This document shows positions 28,860 through 38,506 of a stretch of DNA of 64,000 nt, piece by piece. The position numbers were made by a program, and so were the translations under genes. The stretch's first letter is position 1. The number at the start of each line of letters is the position of its first letter. This DNA comes from Thermoplasmata archaeon (GTDB lineage Archaea; Thermoplasmatota; Thermoplasmata; Thermoplasmatales; GCA-001856825): contig JAJYUZ010000003.1 of NCBI GenBank assembly GCA_021792255.1, positions 1 to 64,000 on the forward strand, given 5' to 3'. The notes below the pieces were generated by a model. That model ran no database searches. It had not been told where the DNA came from and saw nothing but the letters and a program-made list of their open reading frames with translations.

Positions 28860-29050
28860 CTATCATTGGTATAATCTGGGAGATAAAATGATTATCGCTC
28901 TGGGTCTTCACCGGAACAAGAAATTTCAGTACCTGTGGTTGACGGAAAATTCGTCAGGACACTGAATTATTCAGGATTTTCAGCATCTTTTCTTTCCGGA
29001 AAATTCAGCATCCTTTTATATCATCCCGCATTATTGGAATAGTGTGATAC

Positions 29051-29596
29051 ATGTATGAAATAAGGTTCCACGGTAGGGGTGGACAAGGTGCGGTCACTGC
29101 ATCAAAAATACTTGCGACGGCAGCCTTTATGGAAAGCAAGTGGGTGACATCCTTTCCCTTCTTTGGCTCGGAGAGGAGAGGTGCGCCAGTAACTGCCTTC
29201 ACCAGAGTCGACGATAGGAGGATCGAGCTCAGGAGCCAGATATACGAACCAGACGCAGTGATCGTCCTAGACAAGTCACTTATGAGCATTGTAAATGTAA
29301 CGGACGGACTGAAGAACGATGGCGTAATAGTAGTCAATGGAATTGATGGGAACATGAAGGAGGCGGGAAGATACAAAGTTGGTTATGTAGATGCTACTAG
29401 CATCGCACTCAGGAATGGACTTGGTGATCCATCCCATCCTGTCGTGAACACCGCTATCCTTGGGGCCTTTGCGAAAATAAGCAATCTAGTCTCTCTTCAG
29501 TCAATCAAGAATGCCACTACCGAATTGGTACCCTCAAGGAAAAAGGAAAACGTCAATGCGATACAGGAAGCATACGAAGAGACGGAGATGAACTAG
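29051..29596 (+). CDS. porC: 2-oxoacid:ferredoxin oxidoreductase gamma subunit (POR/VOR type)
   Basis: EIRFHGRGGQG, FGSERRGAPV. Confidence 0.93.
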   Translation: MYEIRFHGRGGQGAVTASKILATAAFMESKWVTSFPFFGSERRGAPVTAFTRVDDRRIELRSQIYEPDAVIVLDKSLMSIVNVTDGLKNDGVIVVNGIDGNMKEAGRYKVGYVDATSIALRNGLGDPSHPVVNTAILGAFAKISNLVSLQSIKNATTELVPSRKKENVNAIQEAYEETEMN

Positions 29597-29598
29597 AA

Positions 29599-29889
29599 AT
29601 GGCCCTGCTCCCACTCATGTATGTTTCTTCGGAAACCAAGGTGATGTCATCCTGGAGAACGACTAAGCCAGTTATAGATTATTCTAAGTGCACCCGTTGT
29701 GAGATATGCTGGAAATTTTGCCCTGACATGGCGATAAATCTTGTCACGGATCCAAAACTGAAAACACCGAACGACAGGTTCAATGCTCTGGAGGCGCCTT
29801 CCATAGATTACGACCACTGCAAGGGATGTGGAATCTGCCAGGCCGAGTGCCCTTTCGGAGCAATAGAAATGGTGAGGGAGGAAATCTGA
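29599..29889 (+). CDS. porD: 2-oxoacid:ferredoxin oxidoreductase delta subunit (2x[4Fe-4S])
   Basis: WRTTKPVID, CTRCEICWKFCP, CKGCGICQAECP. Confidence 0.93.
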   Translation: MALLPLMYVSSETKVMSSWRTTKPVIDYSKCTRCEICWKFCPDMAINLVTDPKLKTPNDRFNALEAPSIDYDHCKGCGICQAECPFGAIEMVREEI

Positions 29890-29890
29890 G

Positions 29891-31066
29891 ATGAAGAGTG
29901 TCCAATCGTCCCGAAGAATCATGACAGGAAACGAAGCAGTAGCGACGGGAGTCAAACTGTCCAGAGTGAAGGTCATAGCTGCTTATCCCATCACTCCCCA
30001 AACCACCATCGCCGAGAAGATAGCAGAAATGGTCGCGAACGGAGAACTCGATTCGAAATTCATCGAAGTGGAGAGCGAACACAGTGCGATGTCGATGATA
30101 ACCGCGAGCGAGATCACTGGAGTGCGATCCTACACAGCTTCGTCGTCCCACGGAATTCTGTACATGCACGAAGCGCTTCACTGGGCCGCTGGGATGCGGT
30201 TGCCTCTGGTAATGTCCGTTGTGAACAGAGCGCTTGGACCTCCTTGGAACATCTGGGGAGAACAGACAGATACGTTCAACCAAAGGGACACGGGATGGCT
30301 CCAGATGTATTGCGAATCCAACCAAGAAGCACTGGACAGCATAATGCTTGGCTACAAGATAGGAGAAAACAAGAAGGTACTGCTGCCCGTAATGAACATG
30401 CTTGACGCATTTACCCTCTCCCATACGTCGGAACCGGTAGAGGTCAGAGATCTAAAGACTGCAGCCGATTATCTCGGAGATCTTGACCTTGACTTCAAGA
30501 TCGATTTCAAGAACCCGATAGGATATGGTTCACTAATCTCCCCTGATGGACCCTACATGGAAATGAAGAAGGATATGAGGGACAGCATGTACAATGCTGT
30601 GGGCATAATCAAAAACGAAATATCAAACTTTAACGACCAATTTGACGCGGAGCTCCCAGGTCTCACTGAGAACTTCATGATGGAAGATGCAGACTATGCC
30701 CTAATTACCGCTGGAGCTATTTCCTCAACCGCGAAATATACAGTGAGAAAATTGAGAAAGAGGGGACAGAAAGTGGGTCTCATTCGTCTCTATTTCTATA
30801 GACCCTTCCCTGGAGAAGAGATACTCAAAGCGGTCAAGGGATTGAAGGGACTGGGGGTCGTAGAAAGAAATCTTTCCTACGGACAGAGAGGACCTACGTT
30901 CGAAGACGTCGTTTCGTCCCTCTATGGCCGTGTTGACGTCCCGGTCAGGAACTACGTGGTCGGACTCGGAGGAAGGGACATAAGAGTCACTGACTACGAG
31001 CTAATGTTTGAAAATTTGATCGAAGGAAACAATGATATGGAATGGGTTAACGTCGGGGTGAAATAG
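29891..31066 (+). CDS. porA: 2-oxoacid:ferredoxin oxidoreductase alpha subunit
   Basis: GNEAVA, AYPITPQT, VESEHSAMS; substrate specificity not determinable. Confidence 0.93.
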   Translation: MKSVQSSRRIMTGNEAVATGVKLSRVKVIAAYPITPQTTIAEKIAEMVANGELDSKFIEVESEHSAMSMITASEITGVRSYTASSSHGILYMHEALHWAAGMRLPLVMSVVNRALGPPWNIWGEQTDTFNQRDTGWLQMYCESNQEALDSIMLGYKIGENKKVLLPVMNMLDAFTLSHTSEPVEVRDLKTAADYLGDLDLDFKIDFKNPIGYGSLISPDGPYMEMKKDMRDSMYNAVGIIKNEISNFNDQFDAELPGLTENFMMEDADYALITAGAISSTAKYTVRKLRKRGQKVGLIRLYFYRPFPGEEILKAVKGLKGLGVVERNLSYGQRGPTFEDVVSSLYGRVDVPVRNYVVGLGGRDIRVTDYELMFENLIEGNNDMEWVNVGVK

Positions 31067-31948
31067 TTGCCTCTCACTATCCCGAAGGAGGAGTACGTCA
31101 ATCAGGGACACACCGCCTGCGCGGGATGCGGGGCTGCCCTAGCTATGAGGTACGTTCTGAAGGGAATGGGACCTAAAACGGCGGTCGCGATACCCGCATC
31201 CTGCTGGGCTATAATTCCGGGAGAATATCCCTACACTGCGCTGAAAGTCCCGCTTCTCTATACAACCTTTGCTTCTACGGGGGCCGCCATATCTGGGCTG
31301 AGAGAAGGACTCAATGCGCAGGGCAAGGAGGATTACAACGTACTCGCTTTTGCTGGAGATGGCGGCACTGCGGATATCGGTCTTCAGGCTCTTAGCGCGG
31401 CTATGGAGCGTGGACACGACGTACTGTTTGTCATGTACGATAACGAAGCATACATGAATACCGGAATACAGAGAAGCAGCAGCACGCCATATGGAGCATG
31501 GACCACTACCACACCCGTAGGACTGAAGAGGAATTTCAAGAAGGAGAAGAAGAAGTACGTTTCCGATCTGATGATCGCCCAGAACGTTCCTTATGTAGCA
31601 ACCGCATCGATAGGTTATCCGGAGGATCTGGAGAGAAAGGTGGCCATCGCTAAGTCGATCAAGGGCCCTAAATTCATACAGATTCTATCCCCTTGTCCAC
31701 CCGGATGGTATTACAATACCGCGGACACTATCAAGGTCTCCAGACTTGCAGTCGAGTCCAAGGTCTTCCCACTATACGAATTCAAGAGTGGCAAATTCAC
31801 TCTCTTTAAACCGAGCAAAACGACATCCATCGCCGATTACCTTAGTTTGCAGGGAAGATTCAAACACCTCAATGATGAAGAAATAAAGTCGATTGAGGAA
31901 GCAGTGGAAGAGAGGTGGAAACTTCTGCTGAAAAAGGAGCAAAATTGA
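31067..31948 (+). CDS. porB: 2-oxoacid:ferredoxin oxidoreductase beta subunit
   Basis: CAGCG, TPP motif GDGG..DNEAYMNTG, SPCP. Confidence 0.93.
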   Translation: MPLTIPKEEYVNQGHTACAGCGAALAMRYVLKGMGPKTAVAIPASCWAIIPGEYPYTALKVPLLYTTFASTGAAISGLREGLNAQGKEDYNVLAFAGDGGTADIGLQALSAAMERGHDVLFVMYDNEAYMNTGIQRSSSTPYGAWTTTTPVGLKRNFKKEKKKYVSDLMIAQNVPYVATASIGYPEDLERKVAIAKSIKGPKFIQILSPCPPGWYYNTADTIKVSRLAVESKVFPLYEFKSGKFTLFKPSKTTSIADYLSLQGRFKHLNDEEIKSIEEAVEERWKLLLKKEQN

Positions 31949-31949
31949 A

Positions 31950-33776
31950 TTGCAGTACGACACTCTTCTTGGTCCTGAAGGGCAGACCGAATTTCTTCTC
32001 GGGAATGAAGCGGTCGCCAGAGGGATCTACGAAGCAGGTGTGTCGGTAGCTGCCACCTATCCTGGTACCCCCAGTTCAGAGATCGGTGACGTTCTTTATA
32101 GAATTTCGGACAGAATGGGGATCAAGTTTGAATTTGCCACGAACGAGAAGGTCGCACTCGAAATAGCAGCTGCTGCCTCTGCAGGCGGACTCAGGTCTTT
32201 CGTCTTCATGAAGCACGTGGGATTGAATGTCGCGATGGACTCTTTCGTTTCGCTTTCTGGAGCTGGAGTCAAGGGAGGAATGGTAGTTCTATCGGCCGAC
32301 GATCCTTCAATGCACTCATCCCAGAATGAACAGGACAACAGATTTCTCGGGAAATTTGCTAAGACCATCGTCATAGAACCTTCCAGCCCCCAGGAGCTCA
32401 AGGATTTCATCGTAATGGCATTCGATCTTTCGGAAGAAGTTGGGCATCCTGTTCTCCTCAGGAGCGCTACCAGGATTTCGCACGTCAGGGCACCAGTAAG
32501 ATTCGGTGCCGCGAAGGACAAGAAGGGATGGAAGTACCAGAAAGACCCGTCCTTTCTCCTTCTTCCTGAGAACGCATACAAGGCTCAGATTTCTATTAAT
32601 GAGAGATTGAAGAGAGTAACAAATTCGCGGTACTCGGAAAATTTCAATCGAGTCTACGGCGATTCTTCGACACTGATAATCACATCGGGAGCTGCGTATA
32701 ACTACGTAGATGAAGCCCTCCAGATGCTGAACGTAAAGGCAAGGGTAATGAAGATCGGTTTGAGCTTTCCGCTGGACCTGGATGTAGTTTCGAAAGAGAT
32801 TGGGAAAGCCGAGAGGGTCGTATTCATCGAAGAGGGTGGTCCGTTCCTTGAGGAGCAGGTCCTCTCTTTCAGCGCACTTCACTCGATCAACAGGGAGTTT
32901 CATGGGAAGTTGAGTGGAAGCGTACCAGCATCGTACGAGATGAACGTAGACAGGCTGGTCGGTTTTCTTTCAAAAATATTTGGAATCGATTTTCCGGTAA
33001 AGGACAAGACTCTGGGACTTCCGGAACGAGCAATCACACTGTGCCCTGGCTGTCCTCATCGAGCGACTTACTACGTTGTAAAGATGGCAATGAAGCAGAA
33101 GGGAATAAAGAACGCCATCGTTCCCACAGACATTGGGTGCTATACTCTGGGGTACTACGAGCCCTATCAACTGGGTGACTTCGTATTCTCGATGGGTTCT
33201 TCTATAGGATCTTCAAACGGGTTCACCGCGAACGCTGGAGAACGAGTCATCAGTTTCATAGGAGACAGTACATTCTTCCATTCAGGTATTCCTGCGCTCA
33301 TCAATGCATACCACAACAATCACAATTTTGTAGTCGTCATTCTTGACAACTTCATAACTGCGATGACCGGGGGTCAGCCAACTCCGGAAACGAGCCCTCC
33401 ATTCAGGAGAGTGGACATTGAGAGTGTCGTCAGGGGAATTGGCATAAAGAATGTTTTCACCATTGACCCGTACGATCTGAATAATTCTCTCAGCATTTTT
33501 AAGAAAGCGCTCGATTCTAAAGAGCTCGCGGTCGTGATAAGCAAGAGGGAGTGCGCGCTTGAGGTCGATAGGAAGAGATCTCCATCGGAGATCAAAGTAT
33601 TCCAGGTCAACCAAGATAAATGCAGTCTCTGCTATAACTGCGTCAGCAATTTTTCTTGTGCAGCGTTCTATATTGATAACGGCAAGGTGGAAATCGATCC
33701 AGAACTGTGTGACGGCTGCTCTGTGTGTTCAGAGCCTTTAGTGTGTCCATTCAATGCAATAGAGGTGAAACCATAA
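31950..33776 (+). CDS. iorA: Indolepyruvate:ferredoxin oxidoreductase alpha subunit
   Basis: YPGTPSSEI, MKHVGLNVA, CPGCPHR, GDSTFFHSG, C-terminal ferredoxin. Confidence 0.95.
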   Translation: MQYDTLLGPEGQTEFLLGNEAVARGIYEAGVSVAATYPGTPSSEIGDVLYRISDRMGIKFEFATNEKVALEIAAAASAGGLRSFVFMKHVGLNVAMDSFVSLSGAGVKGGMVVLSADDPSMHSSQNEQDNRFLGKFAKTIVIEPSSPQELKDFIVMAFDLSEEVGHPVLLRSATRISHVRAPVRFGAAKDKKGWKYQKDPSFLLLPENAYKAQISINERLKRVTNSRYSENFNRVYGDSSTLIITSGAAYNYVDEALQMLNVKARVMKIGLSFPLDLDVVSKEIGKAERVVFIEEGGPFLEEQVLSFSALHSINREFHGKLSGSVPASYEMNVDRLVGFLSKIFGIDFPVKDKTLGLPERAITLCPGCPHRATYYVVKMAMKQKGIKNAIVPTDIGCYTLGYYEPYQLGDFVFSMGSSIGSSNGFTANAGERVISFIGDSTFFHSGIPALINAYHNNHNFVVVILDNFITAMTGGQPTPETSPPFRRVDIESVVRGIGIKNVFTIDPYDLNNSLSIFKKALDSKELAVVISKRECALEVDRKRSPSEIKVFQVNQDKCSLCYNCVSNFSCAAFYIDNGKVEIDPELCDGCSVCSEPLVCPFNAIEVKP

Positions 33777-34369
33777 TGGTCTCAATCGTTTTTGCAGGTG
33801 TGGGCGGACAGGGTCTGATCACTGCGGCAAACATGGTCGGAAAGGCTGCAGTTACCGAGGGAAAAAATGTACTGATGACAGAACTCCACGGTATGGCGCA
33901 GAGAGGAGGGAGCATTCTGGTCGAGGTAAGAATAGGTGATTACAAGAGTGCAATAATTCCCCTCGGGATGGCTGACGTAATTGTTGGTTTTGAAAAACTC
34001 GAGACTGCGAGGAATCTTCCAAAGCTCAAGAAGGGAGGGACGATTCTGCTCAACGAACGCAGGATACATCCTATTTCCTTAACGATCAAGAAAGAAAGTT
34101 ATCCGGACCTTGCAATTGAAGAGAGACTGAAAGATCATAACCCCATCAAGGTCGAAGCTGACCAAATAGCTCTGGATCTTGATAACAAGAGAGTCGTAAA
34201 CACGGTGATGACCGGAGCGCTCTTTTCCACAGGTCTCCTTGAAATCAGCGAAGAGAGCCTGCATGCTGCCATCAAAGGATCTTTTCCTGAGAAGCTCTGG
34301 GAAGCGAACTTCAAGGCATTTGAAGCAGGGAAGAGACTGTCTCAGGTACAAGCAACAAGGGTCTTATGA
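33776..34369 (+). CDS. iorB: Indolepyruvate:ferredoxin oxidoreductase beta subunit
   Basis: AGVGGQG, ELHGMAQRGGS; ATG overlaps the iorA TAA. Confidence 0.93.
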   Translation: MVSIVFAGVGGQGLITAANMVGKAAVTEGKNVLMTELHGMAQRGGSILVEVRIGDYKSAIIPLGMADVIVGFEKLETARNLPKLKKGGTILLNERRIHPISLTIKKESYPDLAIEERLKDHNPIKVEADQIALDLDNKRVVNTVMTGALFSTGLLEISEESLHAAIKGSFPEKLWEANFKAFEAGKRLSQVQATRVL

Positions 34370-35226
34370 AGATCAACGTAATCGGCGCGGGATCGATGGG
34401 AATTGCTCTTTCTTGTTTCCTCCTGAGGAAGAATGAAGTCGTTCTGACGGTGAAGAAAGGAGAGAAGGGATTCTACGATAGAGGGGTGGTGCTCAGAGAA
34501 GGGGATAAAGAAGAGAGATTTTTTGTCAAAGTCTCTGAGGGAACGGAAGACGCGGACATCACGATAATTGCAGTCAAGTCCTATGATCTGGCGAAGGTAT
34601 ATGAGGACTACGATCTGAAGGGAAACGTCGTGCTTATACAGAATGGCCTGACCCACATTGGGATCGAGAAGAAGGGAGTAAACAAGATCTACGCGGTCAC
34701 AACCTGGGGCTCGAAGAAGGTAGCGAAGGGAGTCGCGGAACTCACCGGTAGGGGATATTTCAGAGTGGGGAGTAAATCCGTAAGAATTGATCTCTCTTTT
34801 CTAAAGGCGGTTGGAATAAATGCGGAATGGGTAGAGAACATTGAAGAGGAGATATACAGGAAGGCTGCGATCAACGCAGTCATCAATCCCATAACAGCGC
34901 TGTTCGGAGTGAAGAATGGTCTGGTAAGTAGCGAGCCAGAATTATGGAGTATTGCGTCTCAGGCAATTGGAGAATTAGAAGTCTTGTTTTCGAAAATGGG
35001 GTACCATCTGGAAATTGAGAAGAATGTCATCGAAACCTGCAAGGTCACCGCAGAGAATACTAGCAGCATGCTGCAGGACATTCAGCAGGGTAGAAGGTCA
35101 GAAATTGATTCCATAACTGGAGAAATAATATCATTGGGAAAGAAGCAGGGAGTGGAAATGGGGGTCAACAAGTTCCTTTACGAATCGGTAAAATTCCTGC
35201 AGTCCCACTATAAGTCCGCGATTTAA
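34366..35226 (+). CDS. panE: 2-dehydropantoate 2-reductase (ketopantoate reductase family)
   Basis: GAGSMG, AVKSYD, QNG, KAAINAVINP, SSMLQD..EIDSITG. Confidence 0.9.
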   Translation: MKINVIGAGSMGIALSCFLLRKNEVVLTVKKGEKGFYDRGVVLREGDKEERFFVKVSEGTEDADITIIAVKSYDLAKVYEDYDLKGNVVLIQNGLTHIGIEKKGVNKIYAVTTWGSKKVAKGVAELTGRGYFRVGSKSVRIDLSFLKAVGINAEWVENIEEEIYRKAAINAVINPITALFGVKNGLVSSEPELWSIASQAIGELEVLFSKMGYHLEIEKNVIETCKVTAENTSSMLQDIQQGRRSEIDSITGEIISLGKKQGVEMGVNKFLYESVKFLQSHYKSAI

Positions 35227-35252
35227 AAGTCGATGGAAGAAGATTTTGCAAT

Positions 35253-36659
35253 CTACCTATTTCCTATGCGTACTGGGTATCTGCCATTCAGGCACCCCAG
35301 GCAGAGACTTTCTTTTCCCAGGCCCGTTGCCCTTATGAGTCCCTCTAACGAAATATACCTGAGGCTATCTGCTCCTACCTTCTCGTTTATTTCCTTGAGA
35401 CTTCTGTTGGCAGCGATGAATTGATCCTTTGTCTTCATGTCTATGCCGAGGTAGCATGGAAAACGTACTGGGGGACAAGCTATCCGTAGATGTACCTCCT
35501 TCGCGCCGTACCTCTTCAGCATCTTGACTATCTTTCTCGTCGTGTTCCCCCTGATGATACTGTCGTCTACGAGAACCACTTTCTTCCCTTCAATTAGCTG
35601 CTTTATCGGGTTCAGTTTAATGTCCAGTTCGCTTTCCCTTCCCGCCTGCTCAGGCATTATGAATGTTCTGTCTACGTACCTGTTCTTGATGAGACCTTCT
35701 GAGAGGGGAATCCCTGATTCTTCAGCATATCCCTGAGCGTGAGTTCTCGCGGAGTCGGGAACTGCGACCACGCAGTCCGCTCCTTTCACCGGACTTTCTC
35801 TTGCGAGTATTCTTCCCAGGTTCATTCTAGTTTCAAAAACGCTTCTTCCATCCACAACGCTGTCTGGTCTTGCAAAGTACACGTACTCGAACATGCAGTG
35901 CGCGGTCCTTGCATCCTCGTTGTACATGAATGAATCCAACTCGTTCTTCTTGATTTCGACGATTTCTCCTGGCCTTACGTCCCTTATGACCTTACCGTTA
36001 AGCTGATCGAACACTACACTTTCTGATGCCCCGCAGTACCCAAATTCAGTGGTGCCGACCACGAGTGGCCTGATCCCATTTGGATCTCGGGCTACAAAAA
36101 CTCTCTGATTTATCATAATGTTGAGAGAGTACGCACCTATCAGCTTCTTGAATGTGTTCTTCATGGATAGAATCGGATCCGCATTTTTTGACAACTCTAT
36201 GGACAGGAGTTTCATTATCACCTCAGTATCTGAGTTTGTGGCAAACGAGTAGCCTCTGCTCTCCAGTGACCTCTTTAATTGAAGCGCGTTTACTATCTCG
36301 CCGTTGTGTCCAATTGCAATTTCGTACTTTCCTATGTTGGCATAGAGCGGTTGAGCATTCTCTAGAGTGGACGAGCCCGCTGTACTGTATCGAATGTGTC
36401 CAATCCCTATTCCAGTATCTTTCTCTAACTTGACTCCAGAAAAAACTTCGTTGACAAGTCCCATCCCTTTATGGTTCTTTAGAACCTTTCCCGTGTTGAT
36501 AGAAATTCCAGAAGATTCCTGCCCGCGATGCTGAATTATTCTGAGCGATTGAATTAACCTATAACCAACGGGAACGCTTTCTGCGAGAGCTACAATCCCG
36601 CAGGATTCACCTAGACTTCGCCCAGTTGTAACTTCTGATCCTAGTATCCGGATATCCAC
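35253..36659 (-). CDS. purF: Amidophosphoribosyltransferase
   Basis: ESCG propeptide junction, QHRGQES, GHIRYSTAG, HCMFEYVYFARPDS, VDDSIIRG; start GTG 36659 or 36668. Confidence 0.95.
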   Translation of the reverse strand: MDIRILGSEVTTGRSLGESCGIVALAESVPVGYRLIQSLRIIQHRGQESSGISINTGKVLKNHKGMGLVNEVFSGVKLEKDTGIGIGHIRYSTAGSSTLENAQPLYANIGKYEIAIGHNGEIVNALQLKRSLESRGYSFATNSDTEVIMKLLSIELSKNADPILSMKNTFKKLIGAYSLNIMINQRVFVARDPNGIRPLVVGTTEFGYCGASESVVFDQLNGKVIRDVRPGEIVEIKKNELDSFMYNEDARTAHCMFEYVYFARPDSVVDGRSVFETRMNLGRILARESPVKGADCVVAVPDSARTHAQGYAEESGIPLSEGLIKNRYVDRTFIMPEQAGRESELDIKLNPIKQLIEGKKVVLVDDSIIRGNTTRKIVKMLKRYGAKEVHLRIACPPVRFPCYLGIDMKTKDQFIAANRSLKEINEKVGADSLRYISLEGLIRATGLGKESLCLGCLNGRYPVRIGNR

Positions 36660-36768
36660 AGTGGGCACACCTTTTGTGAGTGACGTTATAAGAGTGATGA
36701 CCGCATCTCCTGCACTTTATATGGACTTTTATTCTGTTTCTCCTCCCCATTGAAGGAGTTCCTCTCAT
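36607..36768 (-). CDS. rpl37e: 50S ribosomal protein L37e (53 aa, not in the ORF track)
   Basis: Hand translation MRGTPSMGRRNRIKVHIKCRRCGHHSYNVTHKRCAHCGYPDTRIRSYNWAKSR; downstream of Sm. Confidence 0.96.
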   Translation of the reverse strand: MRGTPSMGRRNRIKVHIKCRRCGHHSYNVTHKRCAHCGYPDTRIRSYNWAKSR

Positions 36769-36769
36769 T

Positions 36770-37006
36770 CTATATCGCCTCCGAAGGTGAAATGTACACT
36801 ACTACATCTCCTCTCACTACCATTATCGGGAAAGTCCCTTTACTCTTATTCTCAATAACCTCTTCAGCGTTCTTTATGACGAGATTGAGATGTTGATCGT
36901 AACCATCCAGCAATCCTCTGTATTCCCTGTTCCATTTCACCTTAACCAGTACGTACTGGTTAAGACTGTTCCCTAGAACATTCAGAGGACGCAGCTTGCC
37001 TTCCAT
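36770..37006 (-). CDS. Sm-like archaeal protein (SmAP/Lsm)
   Basis: RPLNVL, YRGLLDGYDQHLNLV, VVRGDVVVYISP. Confidence 0.95.
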   Translation of the reverse strand: MEGKLRPLNVLGNSLNQYVLVKVKWNREYRGLLDGYDQHLNLVIKNAEEVIENKSKGTFPIMVVRGDVVVYISPSEAI

Positions 37007-37181
37007 GACACCAGATTGTTACCTCATATTTAACGATGTCCAGATGGATTCTCTCAAAGAGAATGATTGTAAACCTGAAAAATGAGCATACTTTGAGCAC
37101 TGGTCGTTTCTTTTTCGACTATACCCCTATCGAAATAGATTCGATACAAAAATTAAAATCCCGGACGGTTCTCATCAAGGC

Positions 37182-37688
37182 ATGGCAAACGAATCCACTG
37201 GTCAAATATCTGGAATTATTCTCTATACTGCAATCTCACCGGAGTACACCATCAGATCCATAGTTTTCACCGACAAAGAAGTCATTCAAATACCCCTCTC
37301 AAAGATGAGTGAGCTAGCTGGGAGACTGAGCGGCCTCCCCGTCGTCGCTTCGTGGTTACTGGAAGCGTCCAATCCTGCAATCTTTTCTGGGGTGGGCGGA
37401 CTCGTTGGACTCAAAATGTGGTCAAATCTTAAGAAGAAAGTTTCAGACCTTCCTCCTGTAAAGATCGAAAAGGGGCCACTTCCTCCCGAGTTCCTAGAAG
37501 AGGCAAAGTCTCGATTGTCATATGAGGAAATCAAAGAGGTGAAGATTTCTAAGATAGCGATGTCTGGCGATTATTTGCTGCACCTTAGAGCAGGATACTG
37601 GCATTCACAAAAGATCGTATTCGAAGAGCGAGCCTTGCAGGAAGTAACTGCACTGGTAGGCGGAACTCCCTTGGCTGCGAAAATGTGA
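37182..37688 (+). CDS. Hypothetical protein
   Basis: 168-aa ORF with a TATA-like box about 30 nt upstream and a Gly-rich hydrophobic stretch. Confidence 0.7.
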   Translation: MANESTGQISGIILYTAISPEYTIRSIVFTDKEVIQIPLSKMSELAGRLSGLPVVASWLLEASNPAIFSGVGGLVGLKMWSNLKKKVSDLPPVKIEKGPLPPEFLEEAKSRLSYEEIKEVKISKIAMSGDYLLHLRAGYWHSQKIVFEERALQEVTALVGGTPLAAKM

Positions 37689-37735
37689 TCTGGCGACTCA
37701 GGAAATTTATTTAGCCAACACAACATGCACCCTCA

Positions 37736-38506
37736 ATGACAATCTGTCTAATTGGGGGCTCAGTTACGGGGAAATTGCTCGAAGATGCTGAGATAGTTAA
37801 AATTTCGACCCCCTATGGAGAAATGTCGTCTCCCTTGGAACTTGGTAAGATCGCAGGGAAGGACGTGGTAGTGCTGTACAGACACGGAAAGGAACACAAG
37901 ATACCGCCGCACAAGATAAACTTCAGGGCGAACATTTTTGGATTGAAGGAAATGGGCGTAGATAGAGTGATAGGCGTTTCAGCAGTTGGGTCCCTTCAAA
38001 AGGACATTGAACCCGGCGCAATAGCGCTCCCGGACCAGTTCTTCGATTATACCAAGGGTAGAACCTACACCTTTTATGATGGCCCACAAGTGGTTCACAT
38101 GTCAATGGCCGATCCATTCTGCACGGAACTCCTGGAAGTTTTCCACAGGAGCCTCATCGATCTCAGGATCAAATCAAAGAGAGGGGGGACTTATGTGTGT
38201 ATAGAGGGACCGAGGTTCTCCACAAGGGCCGAGAGCAAGTTTTTCAGAGGGGTAGGAGACATAATAGGAATGACCCTGGTTCCAGAAATAAATTTGGCCA
38301 GGGAAAAAGATATGTGCTACCTGACGCTTGCTACGGTAACCGATTATGACGTATGGGCAGATGTACCAGTAAATTCAAAGGAAGTGATAAGAGTAATGAA
38401 AGAAAATGAAGAGAATATAAAGAATGTTTTAACCAATGCTATTCCCAGGATACCAGACAGACACGCATGCAGTTGCGGTCTTCAACTTAAGGAGGCCGGA
38501 CTTTGA
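37736..38506 (+). CDS. mtnP: 5'-methylthioadenosine phosphorylase
   Basis: RHGKEHKIPPH, EGPRFSTRAES, GMTLVPE, TDYD. Confidence 0.93.
   Translation: MTICLIGGSVTGKLLEDAEIVKISTPYGEMSSPLELGKIAGKDVVVLYRHGKEHKIPPHKINFRANIFGLKEMGVDRVIGVSAVGSLQKDIEPGAIALPDQFFDYTKGRTYTFYDGPQVVHMSMADPFCTELLEVFHRSLIDLRIKSKRGGTYVCIEGPRFSTRAESKFFRGVGDIIGMTLVPEINLAREKDMCYLTLATVTDYDVWADVPVNSKEVIRVMKENEENIKNVLTNAIPRIPDRHACSCGLQLKEAGL

Noticed and set aside
37156-37169. AAATCCCGG resembling tRNA 3' ends (att site)
   Set aside because: Only about 9 nt of match and no integrase.
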